A DNA stretch of 64,000 bases from Anaerolineae bacterium (GCA_024653325.1 JANLFX010000004.1:6628-70627); one strand, 5' to 3'; counted from the stretch's first letter, positions 28,285 to 40,975 are shown. Notes: generated from the sequence alone by a model not told the origin. A program made the numbers and translations.

Positions 28285-29460
28285 TCACTGCCCAAGCACA
28301 GTCACCCGCTCACTGAGGTTGAAGCCCCGCTGGCGCAGTTCGCTGACGAAGGCCGCCGGAGGCACGAAAGTCTCCACCGATCCGGCGCCTCGTGGGGTCT
28401 CTCCGCGGGCCATCATGGCCACAACGATGGCCGCATCCCAACCTGTAGTGCGTTCCATGGCCGTGAAGCCGGTCACTTCGTCGAAAAAGTCCACGAGTTC
28501 GACCACAGCTTCCGCTTCCTGGCCGTCCTTCTGACCCACGGCCCGCACGCGAATGACCACCAGATCGCGTTCACCTGGGATTGTCACCCTCGGTTCAAAC
28601 AGAGCGTGGAACACATCCCGGGGCACAACCTCGACTGCGCCGACGCGAATGGGATGCAGGTCCCACAGCCCCAGGTCATAGTAGGCCCGGAGTTGGGCGA
28701 AGTGACCGGGATAGCGAACGGTGAAATTCTGGAAAGTCTGCAACTGACCCTCGAAAGTCCACGGCGCAGTGCTGGTGCCCCCACCTGTCACGAATGCCTC
28801 CAAAGTCCCGATGGGCGGCGGAAATTCGACGGTGTGCAACTCGGTCATCGGTCCGACTTTTGTCACCTTGCCTCCGCGGATGAAAACGGCCGGCTCGGCA
28901 TACTCGTTGGTCAACCCGGCAATGTTGAAGGTGAGCAGATAATTGAAGGGAGGTTTGGGATTCTGCGGCAAGCCACCATCCCACATGGTCACTTCGCGCG
29001 GTTTATCCAACAGTTTCATGGTATAAACCATGAGGGTAGTGCCCAGGCCGGGTACCTGTCCGCAGTCAGGAATAATACTGATGCCTTTTGCTTTGGCTTC
29101 CGCATCCAAAGCCTGTTGCTGGCGGACGATGTCGGTATTACCGCCCAGGTCACACATACTGGCCCCCGCTTCGATGGCGGCGCGGGTGATGCTCAGGTTG
29201 TAGTAGTACGGTACCGCGCTGAGGAAGGCATCAATGTCGCGCAACACGCGCACCACAGCCGCATGCTCAGTGACGTCTACTTGAGCGGCTTCAGCGCTGT
29301 CGGTACCCAGCAGGGCATTTACCCGTTGAGCAGCAGCCCGGGCCTGTTCCAGATTGGCGTCGGCCAGGACCACGCGGGCCGCATCGCCATGCTTGGCCAG
29401 ATCATAAGCGGCAGCGGTACCCTGCCGCCCCGCGCCCAATACAGCGTAGTTGTAAGCCAT
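28285..29460 (-). CDS. Saccharopine dehydrogenase NADP-binding domain family oxidoreductase
   Basis: MAYNYAVLGAGRQGTAAAYDL… Rossmann start. AGGAGG RBS immediately upstream of the ATG at 29460. Confidence 0.7.
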   Translation of the reverse strand: MAYNYAVLGAGRQGTAAAYDLAKHGDAARVVLADANLEQARAAAQRVNALLGTDSAEAAQVDVTEHAAVVRVLRDIDAFLSAVPYYYNLSITRAAIEAGASMCDLGGNTDIVRQQQALDAEAKAKGISIIPDCGQVPGLGTTLMVYTMKLLDKPREVTMWDGGLPQNPKPPFNYLLTFNIAGLTNEYAEPAVFIRGGKVTKVGPMTELHTVEFPPPIGTLEAFVTGGGTSTAPWTFEGQLQTFQNFTVRYPGHFAQLRAYYDLGLWDLHPIRVGAVEVVPRDVFHALFEPRVTIPGERDLVVIRVRAVGQKDGQEAEAVVELVDFFDEVTGFTAMERTTGWDAAIVVAMMARGETPRGAGSVETFVPPAAFVSELRQRGFNLSERVTVLGQ

Positions 29461-29546
29461 GGATCCTCCTGTTTTGACAAGGGTATCAGAGCAGCGTATA
29501 ATGGCGGCCAAAGTTTGGACCGTGATAACAACGTAGGAGGAGACTG

Positions 29547-29789
29547 ATGAACTTTTTCACCGTTTCTGACCTGCCGGCGACAGAAATGCTGCCGGGCATC
29601 ACTCGTCATGAGCAGATCACCTATGTACTGGAAGGGACAATGGACTTCACCCTGGGCTCGGAAACGCGCATTCTGCGCGCCGGTGATGGGGTGTGCATCC
29701 CGCCGAACACGCCCCACAGCGCCCGCATCCTCGAGGCGCCCACCCGCGCCCTCGATGCCTGGCATCCGGTGCGCGAGGATTATAAGTAG
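29547..29789 (+). CDS. Cupin-2 domain small protein
   Basis: …HEQITYVLEGTMDFTLGSETRILRAGDGVCIPPNTPHSA… shows the cupin G(X)5HxH…/PxH pattern. GGAGGAG RBS. Confidence 0.65.
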   Translation: MNFFTVSDLPATEMLPGITRHEQITYVLEGTMDFTLGSETRILRAGDGVCIPPNTPHSARILEAPTRALDAWHPVREDYK

Positions 29790-29813
29790 AAAAGGTGACG
29801 AACGCAGCCAGGC

Positions 29814-31202
29814 TTATCGGCGGGCCAGGATCGCCCGCGCGGCAACCAGCCCAGCAGCCGAGGCCTGTACCAGTCCACGGGTGATTCCCGCTCCATCGCC
29901 GACGGCGAACAAATTATGTACCTCGGTTTCCAGTTCGGTGCTCAACCGCAAACGGCTGGAGTAGAACTTGACTTCAACCCCGTAAAGCAAGGTGTGCCGT
30001 GAAGCCACGCCTGGCACAACCTCGTCCAGGGCATGGATCATCTCCAACAGACTAACCACATAGCGATAGGGCAAGACCAGATTGAGATCACCTGGAGTGG
30101 CGTCCTTTAACGTGGGAGTGACGATGGAGCGCGCCAGCCGTTGCGCATTTGTACGGCGGCCCGATTCCAGGTCGCCCAGGCGCTGCACCAATACTCCGCC
30201 GCCAAGCAGGTTGGCTAGACGGGCGATGGACTTTCCGTAGGTAATGGGATCATCAAAGGGCTCAGTGAAGTTCTTGCTCACCAACAGGGCAAAGTTGGTA
30301 TTGGCCGTTTTGTGATCGGCATAGGAATGCCCGTTGACGGTGATCACGTCGCCGGCGAACTCAGTGGTCACCTCGCCGTAAGGACACATGCAGAAGGTGC
30401 GTACCTGGTCATCGAAGGCGCGCGAATAATAGATGAACTTGGACTCATACACCAGACGGGTAATGGGTTCCAGGACTGTAGCCGGCACCTCGACGCGGAT
30501 ACCCAGGTCTACCGGATTGCGGGCCAGGGTCAAACCCAGATCCGCGGACACGTCTTTGAGCCAGGATGCGCCTTCGCGCCCCGGAGCCAGGATCACAAAC
30601 TCGCTGTCGAGCCTTTCCCCACGGGCTGTTTCTATCCCCACGATGCGGCCATTGGCGGTCCGCACGCTGGAAACAAGGGTGCGTGGTTGGATTTGCACCC
30701 CACGACGCAGGAGTTCGTCGCGCATGGCACGCATAATCTCAGCACAGCGCTCAGTACCCATGTGCCGGATGGGCACCGAGACAAAACGCAGCCCGGCCAA
30801 TGCTGCCCGTTTCTCCAATTGTTCAACTTCGTCAGTACGGGTACCATATACCGTTGGACTGGCCCCGTAACCCACGTAGGTACGGTCTACCTCGGCGATG
30901 AGCTCCCGCGTCCGCGCCTCCCCCAGAATCTCCGGCAAATGGCCACCAACGGCCGGCGAAAGAGTGAGTTTGCCGTCGGAAAAGGCCCCGGCTCCACCCC
31001 AACCGGAAAGCAGCGCACAGGGCTGGCAACGAGCGCATCGGCCGGTCTCTCGGGCAGGACAGCGCCGCTTCTCGATGTCCGGTCCTTTATCGAGAATGAC
31101 TATACGCAGGTCAGGGCGTTGACTCAGTTCCAGGGCAGCGAAAATACCCGCCGGTCCTGCCCCGACGATGATCACGTCATACGCATTACTGTTGTCTGTC
31201 AT
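29814..31202 (-). CDS. FAD-dependent oxidoreductase (uncharacterised FAD-dependent dehydrogenase family)
   Basis: YDVIIVGAGPAGIFAALEL is a GxGxxG FAD-binding N-terminus, about 460 aa. Confidence 0.75.
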   Translation of the reverse strand: MTDNSNAYDVIIVGAGPAGIFAALELSQRPDLRIVILDKGPDIEKRRCPARETGRCARCQPCALLSGWGGAGAFSDGKLTLSPAVGGHLPEILGEARTRELIAEVDRTYVGYGASPTVYGTRTDEVEQLEKRAALAGLRFVSVPIRHMGTERCAEIMRAMRDELLRRGVQIQPRTLVSSVRTANGRIVGIETARGERLDSEFVILAPGREGASWLKDVSADLGLTLARNPVDLGIRVEVPATVLEPITRLVYESKFIYYSRAFDDQVRTFCMCPYGEVTTEFAGDVITVNGHSYADHKTANTNFALLVSKNFTEPFDDPITYGKSIARLANLLGGGVLVQRLGDLESGRRTNAQRLARSIVTPTLKDATPGDLNLVLPYRYVVSLLEMIHALDEVVPGVASRHTLLYGVEVKFYSSRLRLSTELETEVHNLFAVGDGAGITRGLVQASAAGLVAARAILARR

Positions 31203-31238
31203 GTTCCTTGCAAAAAATAGGCAAGTTGGAAACTTGCC

Positions 31239-34118
31239 CTACAGGGCCAGCACCTGTTTCAGAAACTGGCCGGTGTAGCTTTCCGGCACGCGAGCTACAT
31301 CCTCAGGCGTGCCCTCGGCAACGATGTAGCCGCCAGCGTCACCGCCCTCTGGCCCAAGGTCAATGATCCAGTCGGCGACCTTGACGATGTCCGGGTGGTG
31401 CTCAATAATAACCACCGTATTTCCCCGCTCCACCAGTTTGTTCAGCACGCGGAGCAATTTGTCCACGTCAGCAGCGTGCAGGCCCACGCTGGGCTCGTCC
31501 AGGACGTAAAGCGTCTGCCCCGTAGCCCGTTTGGAAAGTTCCCGCGAGAGCTTCACCCGCTGCGCCTCGCCCCCAGAAAGAGTGGGTGCCGGCTGACCGA
31601 GCTTGATATAGCCCAATCCCACATCGCGCAGAGTCTTCAGTTTGGCGCGGATAGCCGGAATGGCCTCAAAAAAGTCCATCGCCTCGTCTACGGTCATGTC
31701 CAATACTTCGGCGATGTTCTTCCCCTTATAGCGTACCTGCAGGGTCTCCCGGTTGTAGCGCGTGCCTTTGCAGACGTCGCATGGGATGTAAATATCTGGC
31801 AGGAACTGCATCTCGATACGAATCTGGCCCTGGCCCTGGCACGCCTCACAGCGCCCCCCTTTGACGTTGAACGAGAAACGACCCGCCGTGTAACCGCGAA
31901 TCTTCGAATCCGGGAGCTGGGCGAACAGCTCACGGATGGGAGTAAAAAGGTTGGTGTAAGTTGCCGGGTTGCTTCTGGGCGTGCGACCAATGGGCGATTG
32001 GTCAATGTTGATCACCTTGTCAATGTATTCCGCGCCTGAAATGCTCTCGTGCTCACCAGCCCGTTCCCTGGCTCCATGCAACATCTGAGCCAGCCGCTTG
32101 TAAAGAACCTCCACCAACAACGTGCTCTTCCCGGAGCCGGATACCCCGGTTATACACACGAATTTGCCCAGAGGGATATGCACGTCAATGTGCTTGAGAT
32201 TGTGCTCGCTCGCCCCATAGATGACCAACTCCTGCCCCGTCCCAGGACGCCGTTTTCTGGGAACGGGGATACGCTTGCGTCCGGACAGATACTCCCCGGT
32301 AATCGAGTTCTTGTTGCGCAGTATCTCTTCTACGGGCCCGGTGGCTACTACATACCCGCCGTTTTCACCGGCACCCGGCCCCAGGTCAATCACCCAATCG
32401 GCGGCGCGGATGGTGGCCTCGTCGTGCTCAACCACGATCAGGGTATTGCCCAGGTCGCGCATTCCCTGGAGGGTACGGATCAAGCGGGCGTTATCGCGCT
32501 GATGTAAGCCGATGCTCGGCTCGTCCAGAATGTAGATGACGCCCATGAGTTGGGAGCCGATTTGCGTGGCCAGACGGATGCGCTGCGCTTCCCCGCCGGA
32601 AAGGGACACCGCCGTGCGGTCCAGCGTCAGATAATCCAATCCCACGTCGGCCATGAAGTTTAACCGGGCGCGAATCTCTTTAAGAATGCGGTCAGCGATC
32701 ATGAGCTGGCGTTCGGTAAGCAATGGTTTCTTCCCATCGTCCTCTGTGCCCTGCAGCTCCTGCACCCAGCGCAGCGCCTGGGATACGGACATCTCAGTCA
32801 CTTCCGCGATGTTCTTTCCCGCCACCGTGACGGCCAGTGATTCTGGTTTCAGCCGTCGGCCACCACAGGCTGGACAGGGTGAGTAAACCATGTATTCCTC
32901 GATCTTACTGCGGGCATAGTCGGAGATAGTTTCCGCGTAGCGCCGCCGAAGGTTGTTGATCACCCCTTCGAAAGTGGTCTCGTAATAGCGCCGCTGCCCC
33001 TCCCGGTTTTGATAAGAGACCCGCACTCGTTCAGGGCCGCTGCCGTACAGGAGGATATCCAACTGCTGGGCGGTCAGTTCGCGCACGGACACACTCATCG
33101 GGATGTGAAAGTGTTCGGCTGCCGCGCGGAGAAGCTGAGCATAGTAGCCATCGTCGCGACTGGCGAAGTTCCAGGGCTGGATCGCCCCTTCTTCCAGAGA
33201 AAGGTCAGGGTTGGGGATCACCAGTGCAGGATCAATCTCCATACGCACGCCCAATCCCTGGCAGGTGGGACAGGCCCCGTGCGGGCTGTTGAACGAGAAT
33301 GAACGTGGTTCAAACTCGGCGAAACTGATGCCACACTGCGCACAGGCGAAATGTTCGGAGAAAAGCAGGTCCTGCGGAGGCTCGACCGAGACGTTCTGGA
33401 CGATGACTACCCCCTCCCCCAGACGCAGGGCCGTTTCCACTGAATCTGTGACCCGAGCTACGTCATGGCCCTCATCGCTGTGGCTGATGACCAACCGATC
33501 AACCACGGCCTCGATGGTATGCATTTTGTAGCGGTCAAGTTCTATCTCCTCGTCCACGTCATGTATTACGCCGTCCACCCGCACGCGGACAAAACCGGCT
33601 TTACGCACATCCTCGAATACCGCCTTATGATGTCCTTTGCGGTCTTTGATCAGCGGAGCGAGGATCAACAGCCGCGTTCCCTCCGGCAAAGAAAGGATGG
33701 CATCCACAATCTGCTGGGCGCTCTGCCGTTGAATTTCCCGGCCACATTGGGGACAGTGAGGTGTGCCCACGCGGGCGTAGAGCAAACGCAGATAATCGTA
33801 TATCTCGGTAACCGTGCCTACTGTCGAACGAGGGTTGTGGCCCGCACTGCGCTGGCTGATAGAGATAGCCGGTGAAAGCCCCTCAATTTGGTCCACATCG
33901 GGCTTTTCCATCTGACCCAGGAACTGGCGAGCGTAAGCGGATAGTGACTCAACATAACGACGCTGGCCCTCAGCGTAGATGGTATCGAAGGCCAGAGATG
34001 ATTTGCCAGAGCCGGAGATGCCGGTGATCACCACCAGTTTATCGCGGGGGATCTCCACCGTGATGTTTTTGAGATTATGTTCGCGCGCGCCGCGCACGAT
34101 GATTTTGTCTTGAGGCAT
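31239..34118 (-). CDS. uvrA: Excinuclease ABC subunit A (UvrA)
   Basis: Two ABC ATPase modules ([12 protein letters not shown]…, [10 protein letters not shown]…), Zn-finger CxxC pairs, signature LSGGEAQR x2. 959 aa. Confidence 0.95.
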   Translation of the reverse strand: MPQDKIIVRGAREHNLKNITVEIPRDKLVVITGISGSGKSSLAFDTIYAEGQRRYVESLSAYARQFLGQMEKPDVDQIEGLSPAISISQRSAGHNPRSTVGTVTEIYDYLRLLYARVGTPHCPQCGREIQRQSAQQIVDAILSLPEGTRLLILAPLIKDRKGHHKAVFEDVRKAGFVRVRVDGVIHDVDEEIELDRYKMHTIEAVVDRLVISHSDEGHDVARVTDSVETALRLGEGVVIVQNVSVEPPQDLLFSEHFACAQCGISFAEFEPRSFSFNSPHGACPTCQGLGVRMEIDPALVIPNPDLSLEEGAIQPWNFASRDDGYYAQLLRAAAEHFHIPMSVSVRELTAQQLDILLYGSGPERVRVSYQNREGQRRYYETTFEGVINNLRRRYAETISDYARSKIEEYMVYSPCPACGGRRLKPESLAVTVAGKNIAEVTEMSVSQALRWVQELQGTEDDGKKPLLTERQLMIADRILKEIRARLNFMADVGLDYLTLDRTAVSLSGGEAQRIRLATQIGSQLMGVIYILDEPSIGLHQRDNARLIRTLQGMRDLGNTLIVVEHDEATIRAADWVIDLGPGAGENGGYVVATGPVEEILRNKNSITGEYLSGRKRIPVPRKRRPGTGQELVIYGASEHNLKHIDVHIPLGKFVCITGVSGSGKSTLLVEVLYKRLAQMLHGARERAGEHESISGAEYIDKVINIDQSPIGRTPRSNPATYTNLFTPIRELFAQLPDSKIRGYTAGRFSFNVKGGRCEACQGQGQIRIEMQFLPDIYIPCDVCKGTRYNRETLQVRYKGKNIAEVLDMTVDEAMDFFEAIPAIRAKLKTLRDVGLGYIKLGQPAPTLSGGEAQRVKLSRELSKRATGQTLYVLDEPSVGLHAADVDKLLRVLNKLVERGNTVVIIEHHPDIVKVADWIIDLGPEGGDAGGYIVAEGTPEDVARVPESYTGQFLKQVLAL

Positions 34119-34312
34119 GGTTTAACCCGGTTGCCGGTTGTGAGATTAAGAACTGATGTTCTATTGCAATTATACACGTTTTCACGCACCTCGTCAACTG
34201 CGAACGATTATTGTAGCACGGAATCCTGCTTTCGGCAAAAGCCAGGATGATGGAAGCACATTGGGTGCGTTTCAGTTTCGGGGCTGGTTTGTCCCGTAGC
34301 GGCCAACCGCTG

Positions 34313-34379
34313 CTGCGTCCTGAGCCCAGCGAAGGGCTGCGTCCTGAGCCCAGCGAAGGGCTGCGCCCTGAGCGAAGGG
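34313..34379. repeat. Tandem 24-bp repeat (ctgcgtcctgagcccagcgaaggg), about 2.8 copies, in the uvrA-lacI intergenic region
   Basis: Direct reading of the sequence. Confidence 0.8.
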
Positions 34380-34473
34380 TAGCCGCGCTTTCCATAGCGC
34401 GGCCGACGGCCCCCAGCACCGCGCAGGCCCACTGTCGTGACCGGGGTTGCGCGGTAAGAAACCGCGCTACCAT
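34380..34473. repeat. Dispersed intergenic repeat, copy A (module 1 tagccgcgctttccatagcgcg; module 2 ccggggttgcgcggtaagaaaccgcgctaccat)
   Basis: The same two modules recur at 41941-42006. Each module forms a short GC hairpin. Confidence 0.75.
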
Positions 34474-34566
34474 ATTCTGGGGGGATGAGAGAGGGCTCCG
34501 CGGCCAGGGCACAGCAGCGACTCGCCCCCAAAGTGAAATACGCCCATCACAATCACATTTTCATAG

Positions 34567-34595
34567 TTGACAAAACCCTCAATCTGTGATAAAAT
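34567..34595 (+). promoter_or_regulatory. Sigma70-like promoter TTGACA-17 nt-TAAAAT upstream of lacI-family gene
   Basis: TTGACA at 34567-72 and TAAAAT at 34590-95 with a 17-nt spacer. Confidence 0.5.
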
Positions 34596-34608
34596 TTAGA
34601 AAATTAAT

Positions 34609-34635
34609 CGGTAACGATACCGGTATTGTTACCGG
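34609..34635. promoter_or_regulatory. Palindromic candidate LacI-family operator (cGGTAACGATACC|GGTATTGTTACCg)
   Basis: 12-bp arms with one mismatch, located between the predicted -10 and the lacI start. Confidence 0.5.
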
Positions 34636-34670
34636 CCATGGGCGGAAAGGTTGGGACGAGGGATCCTCTC

Positions 34671-35696
34671 ATGAGACGCAAGAAAGGCACCGTTACTATC
34701 CAAGATGTAGCCGAGACTGCGGGCGTGTCCGTCTCAACTGTATCCCGCGTGCTCAACAACAAAGACGACGTGGCTCCAGCAACCTACGAAAAGGTGCAAA
34801 GAGTGATCGAGGAATTGGGATACACCTCGAGCCTGGCAGCCAGAAGCATGCGCAGCCGACGGACCGGTGTCATCGGCCTCATCGTGCCCGATGTGGGGGA
34901 CCCTTTCTCCATCCTGGTGATGAAGGGCGTCAATCGGGCCATTACCGAGCTTGACTACGACCTGATTATCTACACCAGCGGCAGCATCAAAAAACGCTCA
35001 GCGGCGGAACGAGAACGGCACTTTGTCTCCCTGCTTAACGGCAGCATCGCTGATGGCGTTATCATCGTCACCCCCGCAGCCACTACCTTCTCCACAGCAG
35101 CCCCCGTCGTCACTATTGACCCTAACAATGAATGCCCCGAATGTCTGACGATCATTGCCACGAACCACGCCGGCGCCATAGCCGCCATGGAGTATTTGAT
35201 CGGCCTGGGACACCGCCGTATCGGCTTTATCAGCGGTCGTCCCGATTTGCAGAGCGCCAACCACCGTCTACAGGGCTACCTCGATGCCCTGCGCCAGGCC
35301 AACATCCCACAGGATCCGGCCCTGATCGAGATAGGTGATTTCTCAAGGGAGACGGGGCGCATCTGCGCCCGAAGGCTCTTGTCCTTGCCCGAGCCGCCGA
35401 CGGCAATTTTTGCCGCGAACGATCAATCAGCCTTTGGGGCCATCGAAGCGGCGCGGGAAATGGGTCTACGTGTGCCTGATGACCTGTCAGTGGTCGGATT
35501 CGATAACATCCCCGAAGCTGCCTACTACAATCCAGCCCTCACCACCGTTGATCAGTTCATCGAACAGATGGGCTATGTAGCCACTGAAATGTTGCTAGGT
35601 TTGGTTCAAGGAGAGCCCTTGGAGAACGACCTGCACCTGATGCCCACGCAGCTTGTGGTCAGAGATTCCTGCCGGGCCATCACCGGCAACGCCTGA
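34671..35696 (+). CDS. LacI-family transcriptional regulator
   Basis: HTH VTIQDVAETAGVSVSTVSRVLNN and periplasmic-binding-like core. GGA-rich RBS. Confidence 0.85.
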   Translation: MRRKKGTVTIQDVAETAGVSVSTVSRVLNNKDDVAPATYEKVQRVIEELGYTSSLAARSMRSRRTGVIGLIVPDVGDPFSILVMKGVNRAITELDYDLIIYTSGSIKKRSAAERERHFVSLLNGSIADGVIIVTPAATTFSTAAPVVTIDPNNECPECLTIIATNHAGAIAAMEYLIGLGHRRIGFISGRPDLQSANHRLQGYLDALRQANIPQDPALIEIGDFSRETGRICARRLLSLPEPPTAIFAANDQSAFGAIEAAREMGLRVPDDLSVVGFDNIPEAAYYNPALTTVDQFIEQMGYVATEMLLGLVQGEPLENDLHLMPTQLVVRDSCRAITGNA

Positions 35697-35770
35697 AAGG
35701 GCCGGAGAACTAATTTCGTCTGAAGGAATACCAGGAACATAAGCGGCAAAACAAAATCTCTTTTTTCCAC

Positions 35771-35808
35771 CTTCCGGTATCGTTACCGGCAACGTTACCG
35801 ATACCGGA
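35771..35808. promoter_or_regulatory. Second palindromic operator-like site (ttCCGGTATCGTTACCGG-ca-ACGTTACCGATACCGGaa) upstream of the SBP gene
   Basis: Shares the GGTAACGATACCGG half-site family with the site at 34609. Confidence 0.5.
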
Positions 35809-35983
35809 AGTTGAAAGGGGGTGATGGCAAATCCGACGCAATGGGACCAGAAACGGGTACAGGCCTTCACTCCTGCCCTGACCTGACAGAAAGAAGACCT
35901 GCACCCAGACCCGTGTGGAGCAGTTCCACACAGGGTACAGTTTATCAGACTTTTTTCACAAAGTCAAGGAGGAATAAGAAGCG

Positions 35984-37993
<2,010 letters not shown>

Positions 37994-38095
37994 CTCCCAA
38001 AAGCCCTGAGGCAGTGTCCCTTGGGCGGGTCGTATCGCCCGCCCAAGGGCACTTTTTCAAAGCGACTGGATGAACAGGCATATCGAGAAACAGTG

Positions 38096-39094
38096 ATGAC
38101 ATTCATAAAACGGTATCTTATTCCCCGGCTGATTCAGTATTTTTTAGTGATATTCCTCGGCATCACCGCGGTGTTCATCATCCCTCGTCTCACGCCAACG
38201 GATCCGGTGCAGCGGACGATTGCCCAGCTCAGGTCGCAGGGATCCTACCTGGACCCCGCGTCTATGGACCAATTTATCAACGATCTGACTGAGTTGTACG
38301 GTCTCCAGGGATCCATGCCCGAGCAGTACATCGCGTTTTGGAGAAGGTTGTTCCACGGAGACTTCGGGGTTTCTTTCTTCCAGTTTCCGACGCCGGTAAA
38401 CCGGCTGATCGCCAGAGCATTGCCGTGGACGGCGGGCCTGTTACTGACGACGACGTTGCTCTCCTGGACAATCGGGAACATCATCGGCGGGCTGGCCGGT
38501 TACTTTTCCCGTAAGCGCTGGTCGCAGGCTCTCGACTTCGTGGCCATGGTCATCCGCCCGCTGCCCTACTATATCTTTGCTTTTGCCCTTCTCCTCCTAC
38601 TCGTTCGTTGGTTTCCGGTTGCCGGGGGGACCGACATTGGGAGAAAGGCGGCGTTCAACTGGCCTTTTATAAAGGACGTGCTCAGACATGCTTTCCTCCC
38701 AGCCCTATCGCTAACCATCCTCGGCGGGGCAGCCAATTTTCAGATCATGAAGCTGATCGTGCAGAACGTCAACTCCGAGGATTTCGTTCAATACGCCAAG
38801 TTGGGTGGTGTCGAAGAAAGCAGAATTGTGTCGAAATATGTGATCCAGAACGCCATGCTTCCACAGATCACGAATCTGGCCTTGTCGCTCGGACAGGTCT
38901 TCAGCGGCGCACTGATCACCGAGATCGTTTTCTCCTACCCTGGCCTCGGCACGCTCCTTTACAACGCCATCATTACCGGGGATTATAATTTGATCATGGG
39001 CATCACGCTCCTTTCGATTGTAGCCATCACTACAGCGATTCTGATCATTGATCTGCTGTACCCCCTCTTCGATCCCAGGGTGAGATATTTATAA
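38096..39094 (+). CDS. ABC transporter permease (DppB/OppB-like)
   Basis: Six TM helices with an EAA-like loop. Co-directional with the SBP. Confidence 0.8.
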   Translation: MTFIKRYLIPRLIQYFLVIFLGITAVFIIPRLTPTDPVQRTIAQLRSQGSYLDPASMDQFINDLTELYGLQGSMPEQYIAFWRRLFHGDFGVSFFQFPTPVNRLIARALPWTAGLLLTTTLLSWTIGNIIGGLAGYFSRKRWSQALDFVAMVIRPLPYYIFAFALLLLLVRWFPVAGGTDIGRKAAFNWPFIKDVLRHAFLPALSLTILGGAANFQIMKLIVQNVNSEDFVQYAKLGGVEESRIVSKYVIQNAMLPQITNLALSLGQVFSGALITEIVFSYPGLGTLLYNAIITGDYNLIMGITLLSIVAITTAILIIDLLYPLFDPRVRYL

Positions 39095-39108
39095 GGAGCG
39101 CGGACACG

Positions 39109-39960
39109 GTGAGAGTACTCAGAGACCTCTTCAGGGATTACCGGTTTGCATTGAGTTTTGGCGTCCTGTGCCTGTTGCTTATCCTGTCCACCCTCACCAT
39201 CTTTTCGCCCTACGACCCGACCCGCTGGGGGGTCGTTCCCAGGGACCTGAAGCCGTCATGGAAGTATCTCCTGGGCACCAACTCCAAAGGACAGGACGTC
39301 TTTTGGCAAGCGGCATTCGCCGTGCGCAACTCGCTGATCATCTCGGTGATTGCCGGAACAGTTTCGCGGGTCATTGCCGTGCTCGTAGGCATGGTTGCCG
39401 GCTACAAAGGACGGTTCACCGATAGAGTCCTTATGTTCATTAGCGATAGTTTCCTGGTCATCCCTTTGTTCCTTATCATCGTTATGCTGGCCATGTTGGT
39501 ACGAGATAAGATGAATCTCGTGACATTGGGACTCCTGTTGGCTTTCTTCGGTTGGGCCTGGGATGCGCGGGTGATCCGCTCCCAGATACTGAGTTTGCGC
39601 GAGCGGGAGTTCACCCAAACAGCGATTCTTTCCGGGACGGGCACTCTGCGCCTTGTGCTGAACGAGTACATGCCCTTCGCCACGCCTTTGGTATTCTCCA
39701 CCCTGATTAACAACATGTCTTGGGCGATTGGGATGGAGATGACGCTGGCCGTTCTCGGCCTGGTGAACCTGGATATTCCCACGCTGGGAACGATGCTGCA
39801 ATGGGCGATCAGTTACCAGGCGATGCTGCTGGGGTACTGGTGGTGGATTTGGACCCCAGTTGTCTTGGCCGTTTTCCTGTTTGTGGCTTTGTACTGGCTC
39901 TCGGTTAGCATCAGCGAATACCTGGATCCAAGAACAAGAATCCAGCGGGTGGGGGTGTAG
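39109..39960 (+). CDS. ABC transporter permease (DppC/OppC-like)
   Basis: Polytopic; BPD_transp_1-like. Confidence 0.8.
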   Translation: MRVLRDLFRDYRFALSFGVLCLLLILSTLTIFSPYDPTRWGVVPRDLKPSWKYLLGTNSKGQDVFWQAAFAVRNSLIISVIAGTVSRVIAVLVGMVAGYKGRFTDRVLMFISDSFLVIPLFLIIVMLAMLVRDKMNLVTLGLLLAFFGWAWDARVIRSQILSLREREFTQTAILSGTGTLRLVLNEYMPFATPLVFSTLINNMSWAIGMEMTLAVLGLVNLDIPTLGTMLQWAISYQAMLLGYWWWIWTPVVLAVFLFVALYWLSVSISEYLDPRTRIQRVGV

Positions 39961-39970
39961 TGAGAGAGCG

Positions 39971-40975
39971 ATGGATCAGACAATACTGCGTACCGAAAAA
40001 TTAAAAGCCTTCTACGTGCTCGACGTGCTGGGCACGCGCAAGGTGGTGAAAGCGGTCAATGAGGTTGACCTCGATATCCAGGAGAACGAAATTTACGGGA
40101 TTGCCGGCGAAAGCGGGTGCGGCAAGACAACTTTACTGAAAGCGCTCTACGCCGCCATCGAGCCACCGTTGAGATTGATCGGCGGGAAGGTCTACTACCG
40201 GGTGAACGGTAAGGAGATCGAAGTCTCTTCTCTCAGCGCGGAGGAGAAGAGAAGGTTGCGCTGGGAATATGTCTCCTACGTTCCGCAGGGTTCGATGAGC
40301 GTGCTCAATCCGGTGATCAAGTTGAAAGAAACCTACTGGGACTTCCTGGACAGTCACATGAGTGGAAAAACAAAGGACGAAGCCTTTGAGATCGCCAAAC
40401 AACATATTTCGGCGTTGGGGCTTCCTCAAAATATTCTGGAGGCCTATCCCCATCAGTTGTCCGGCGGGATGAGGCAACGGGTCACCATCGCCCTGGCAGC
40501 GCTTCTGAAACCCCGCATCATCATCGCCGATGAGCCCACCACGGCCCTCGATGTTATCGTCCAGAGGGGGGTCGTGCAGCTTCTGAAGGATATTCAGAAG
40601 AGTTTACAAAACACAATCGTCCTGGTAACGCACGACATGGGCGTGCAGGCTAACATCGCCGATCGGATCGCTATCATGTACGCCGGAAAGATAGTTGAAG
40701 AAGCGACAACCGGGAGAATTCTCGGCGCCCCCCTCCACCCCTATACCAGGTATCTGATCAACTCGCTGCCGAGATTCGGAGACAAAACGCCCCGCGAGAG
40801 TGTACCAGGATGTCCGCCTTCTCTTATAGATCTGCCCAGCGGTTGCCCCTTCCATCCCAGGTGCCCCTATGCTTTAGAAATCTGCGCCAACCAGATGCCG
40901 AGCTCCATTGACCTGGATACCAACCACAAAGTCGCCTGCTGGTTAATTGGAGGGAAGGATGGAAAAGCTTCTTGA
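39971..40975 (+). CDS. ABC transporter ATP-binding protein (DppD/OppD-like)
   Basis: Walker A GESGCGKTT, signature LSGGMRQR, C-terminal oligopeptide-type extension with CxxC. Confidence 0.85.
   Translation: MDQTILRTEKLKAFYVLDVLGTRKVVKAVNEVDLDIQENEIYGIAGESGCGKTTLLKALYAAIEPPLRLIGGKVYYRVNGKEIEVSSLSAEEKRRLRWEYVSYVPQGSMSVLNPVIKLKETYWDFLDSHMSGKTKDEAFEIAKQHISALGLPQNILEAYPHQLSGGMRQRVTIALAALLKPRIIIADEPTTALDVIVQRGVVQLLKDIQKSLQNTIVLVTHDMGVQANIADRIAIMYAGKIVEEATTGRILGAPLHPYTRYLINSLPRFGDKTPRESVPGCPPSLIDLPSGCPFHPRCPYALEICANQMPSSIDLDTNHKVACWLIGGKDGKAS

Noticed and set aside
34247-34570. ORFs across the uvrA-lacI intergenic region (107-145 aa on both strands)
   Set aside because: They are generated by the tandem 24-bp repeat and the GC-rich dispersed repeat, with low-complexity translations. 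This is a promoter/repeat region rather than coding sequence.
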